Assembly (NCBI RefSeq): GCF_009914755.1
Contig: NC_060937.1
Strand: one strand, 5' to 3'
Source of the DNA: the human T2T-CHM13v2.0 reference genome, Homo sapiens
Length of the DNA: 64,000 bases
The first letter of the stretch is position 1, and each line of letters opens with the position of its first letter. This document shows, in pieces, positions 62,461 to 64,000 of this stretch. The notes beneath the pieces were generated by a model. The model saw only the letters and a program-made list of their open reading frames with translations. It was not told the origin of the DNA and ran no database searches. A program made the position numbers and the translations under genes.

Positions 62461-64000
62461 CATCCCATTCCATTCCAGTCGAGTCCATTCCATTCCATTC
62501 TATTCCGTTCTATTCCATTCCCTTTCAGCCCATTCCATTATAGTCCGTTCCATTCCATTCCATACTATTCCTTTATATTCCATTTCATTCCATTCCATTT
62601 CATTCCATTCCTTTCGAGTCCATTCTATTCGATTCCATTATATTCCAGTCCATTCCAATCTATTCCATTCCATTCCATTCCATTCAATTTCATTCCATTG
62701 AATTACATTCCATTCGATTCCATTGCACTCGAGTCCATTCCATTTGTGTGCATTCCGTTCCAGTCCATTATATTGGAGTCCATTCCATTCCATTCCATTC
62801 CATTGGCTTTCATTTAACTCAATTTCATTCCATTCGAGTCTTTCCATTCCATTCCATTCCATTCCATTCAAAACAGTTCCATTCGGATCTGTTCAATTCG
62901 ATGCCATTCCTTTTGATTCCGTTCCATTAGATTCCATTCCATTTGATTCCATTCCATTCGAGTCCATTCCATTCCATTCCATTCCATTCCATTCCATTCC
63001 ATAGGATTCCACTCAATTCCTGTCCTTTCCATTCGAATCCTTTCCAATCCATTCCATTCCATTCAATTCCAATCCATTTTGTTCGATTCCATTCCGTGCC
63101 ATTCCATTACATTCGATTCGATTCGATTCCATTCCATTCCATTCCATTTCATTGCATTCCATTCCATTCCATTCCATTCCATCCATTCCATTCCATTTCA
63201 TTGCATTCCATTCCATTACATTCCATTCCATCCATTCCATTCTGTTCGAGTCCATTCCATTCCATTCCATGCTATTCCATTCCATTCGAATCCATTCCAT
63301 TCCATTCCATTTCGTTGCGTTCTATTCAATAGCATTCCTTTCGATTCCGTTCCATTCGATTCCATTCCATTCCATTCTCTTCGAGTCCATTCCATTCCAT
63401 TCCATGCTATTCCATTCCATTCCATTCCATTCCATTGCATTCCATTCCATTCCAATCCATTCCATTCCATTCGAGTTCTTGCCATTCCTGTCCATTCCAT
63501 TTGAGTCCATTCCAATCCACTACATTCCATTTGATTCCATTCCATTGAATTGCATTGCATTCGAGACTGTTCCATTCTAGTCCATTCCTTTTGATTCCAT
63601 TCCATTCCATTCCATTCCTTTCGAATCCATTCCTTTCGAGTCCTTTCCATTCCAGTCCATTCCTTTCGAATCCATTCCATTGCAGTCCTTTCCCTTCCAG
63701 TCCATTCCATTCCTTTCCACTCCATTCGCTTCCATTCCATTCGATTCCATTCCATTCCACTGCATTTCATTTTAATCCATTCCATTGGAGACCATTCCAT
63801 TTGAGTCCATTCCATTTAAGACCATTCGAGTACATTCCATTTTAATGCATTCCATTCGAGTCCATTCCATTCGAGTCCATTCCATTCGAGTCCAGTCTGT
63901 TCCTGTTCATTGCATTCAATTACTTTCCATTCCATTCCATTGCATTCCATTCCATTCTATTCCATTCCATTCCTTTCCATTCCATTCCATTCCCTTCCAC
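62460..64000 (+). repeat. Human satellite III-type (CATTC)n array, continuing past the window end
   Basis: Predominant CATTC with cattcgagtc/cattcgattc variants. No Alu cassettes and few CACTC units. Lacks the gatgatt motif typical of HSat2. Confidence 0.92.

Noticed and set aside
45902-63845. Dozens of long ORFs (up to 664 aa; [10 protein letters not shown] and MEWNG repeats)
   Set aside because: CATTC/CACTC pentamers and their complements contain no stop codons in any frame, so overlapping ORFs in all six frames are expected. There is no evidence of coding.

Overview
Hominid (human or great ape; it carries an SVA, AluY and L1PA elements) genomic DNA spanning a boundary between euchromatin-type sequence and satellite, typical of a pericentromere or acrocentric short arm. 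Bases 1-46.1 kb are AT-rich and have no recognisable intact host gene. They are built largely of interspersed repeats: Alus, a full-length but inactivated ~6.1 kb L1PA3/4-type element (retaining the ZNF93-target segment and an ORF0), truncated L1s, an SVA, ERV LTRs, Tigger/MER DNA transposons, MIR/L2 and a CR1/L3 relic. Bases 46.1-62.4 kb are a composite satellite: about 42 copies of a ~56 bp antisense AluJ-like cassette, each embedded in 110-550 bp of degenerate CACTC/CATTC pentamers, with nested higher-order periodicity. From ~62.45 kb it becomes conventional (CATTC)n satellite III. The most notable items are the Alu-punctuated satellite (the pentamers appear to grow out of the Alu A-tail), an SVA carrying a 5' transduction of HERV-H protease sequence, an L1 with a 3' transduction tag, a triple fold-back repair scar in the satellite, and a 139 bp local copy inserted into an LTR. 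The many HSIPF/MEWNG ORFs are artefacts of the pentamer repeat. Repeat family names come from recalled consensus sequences, not from a database search.
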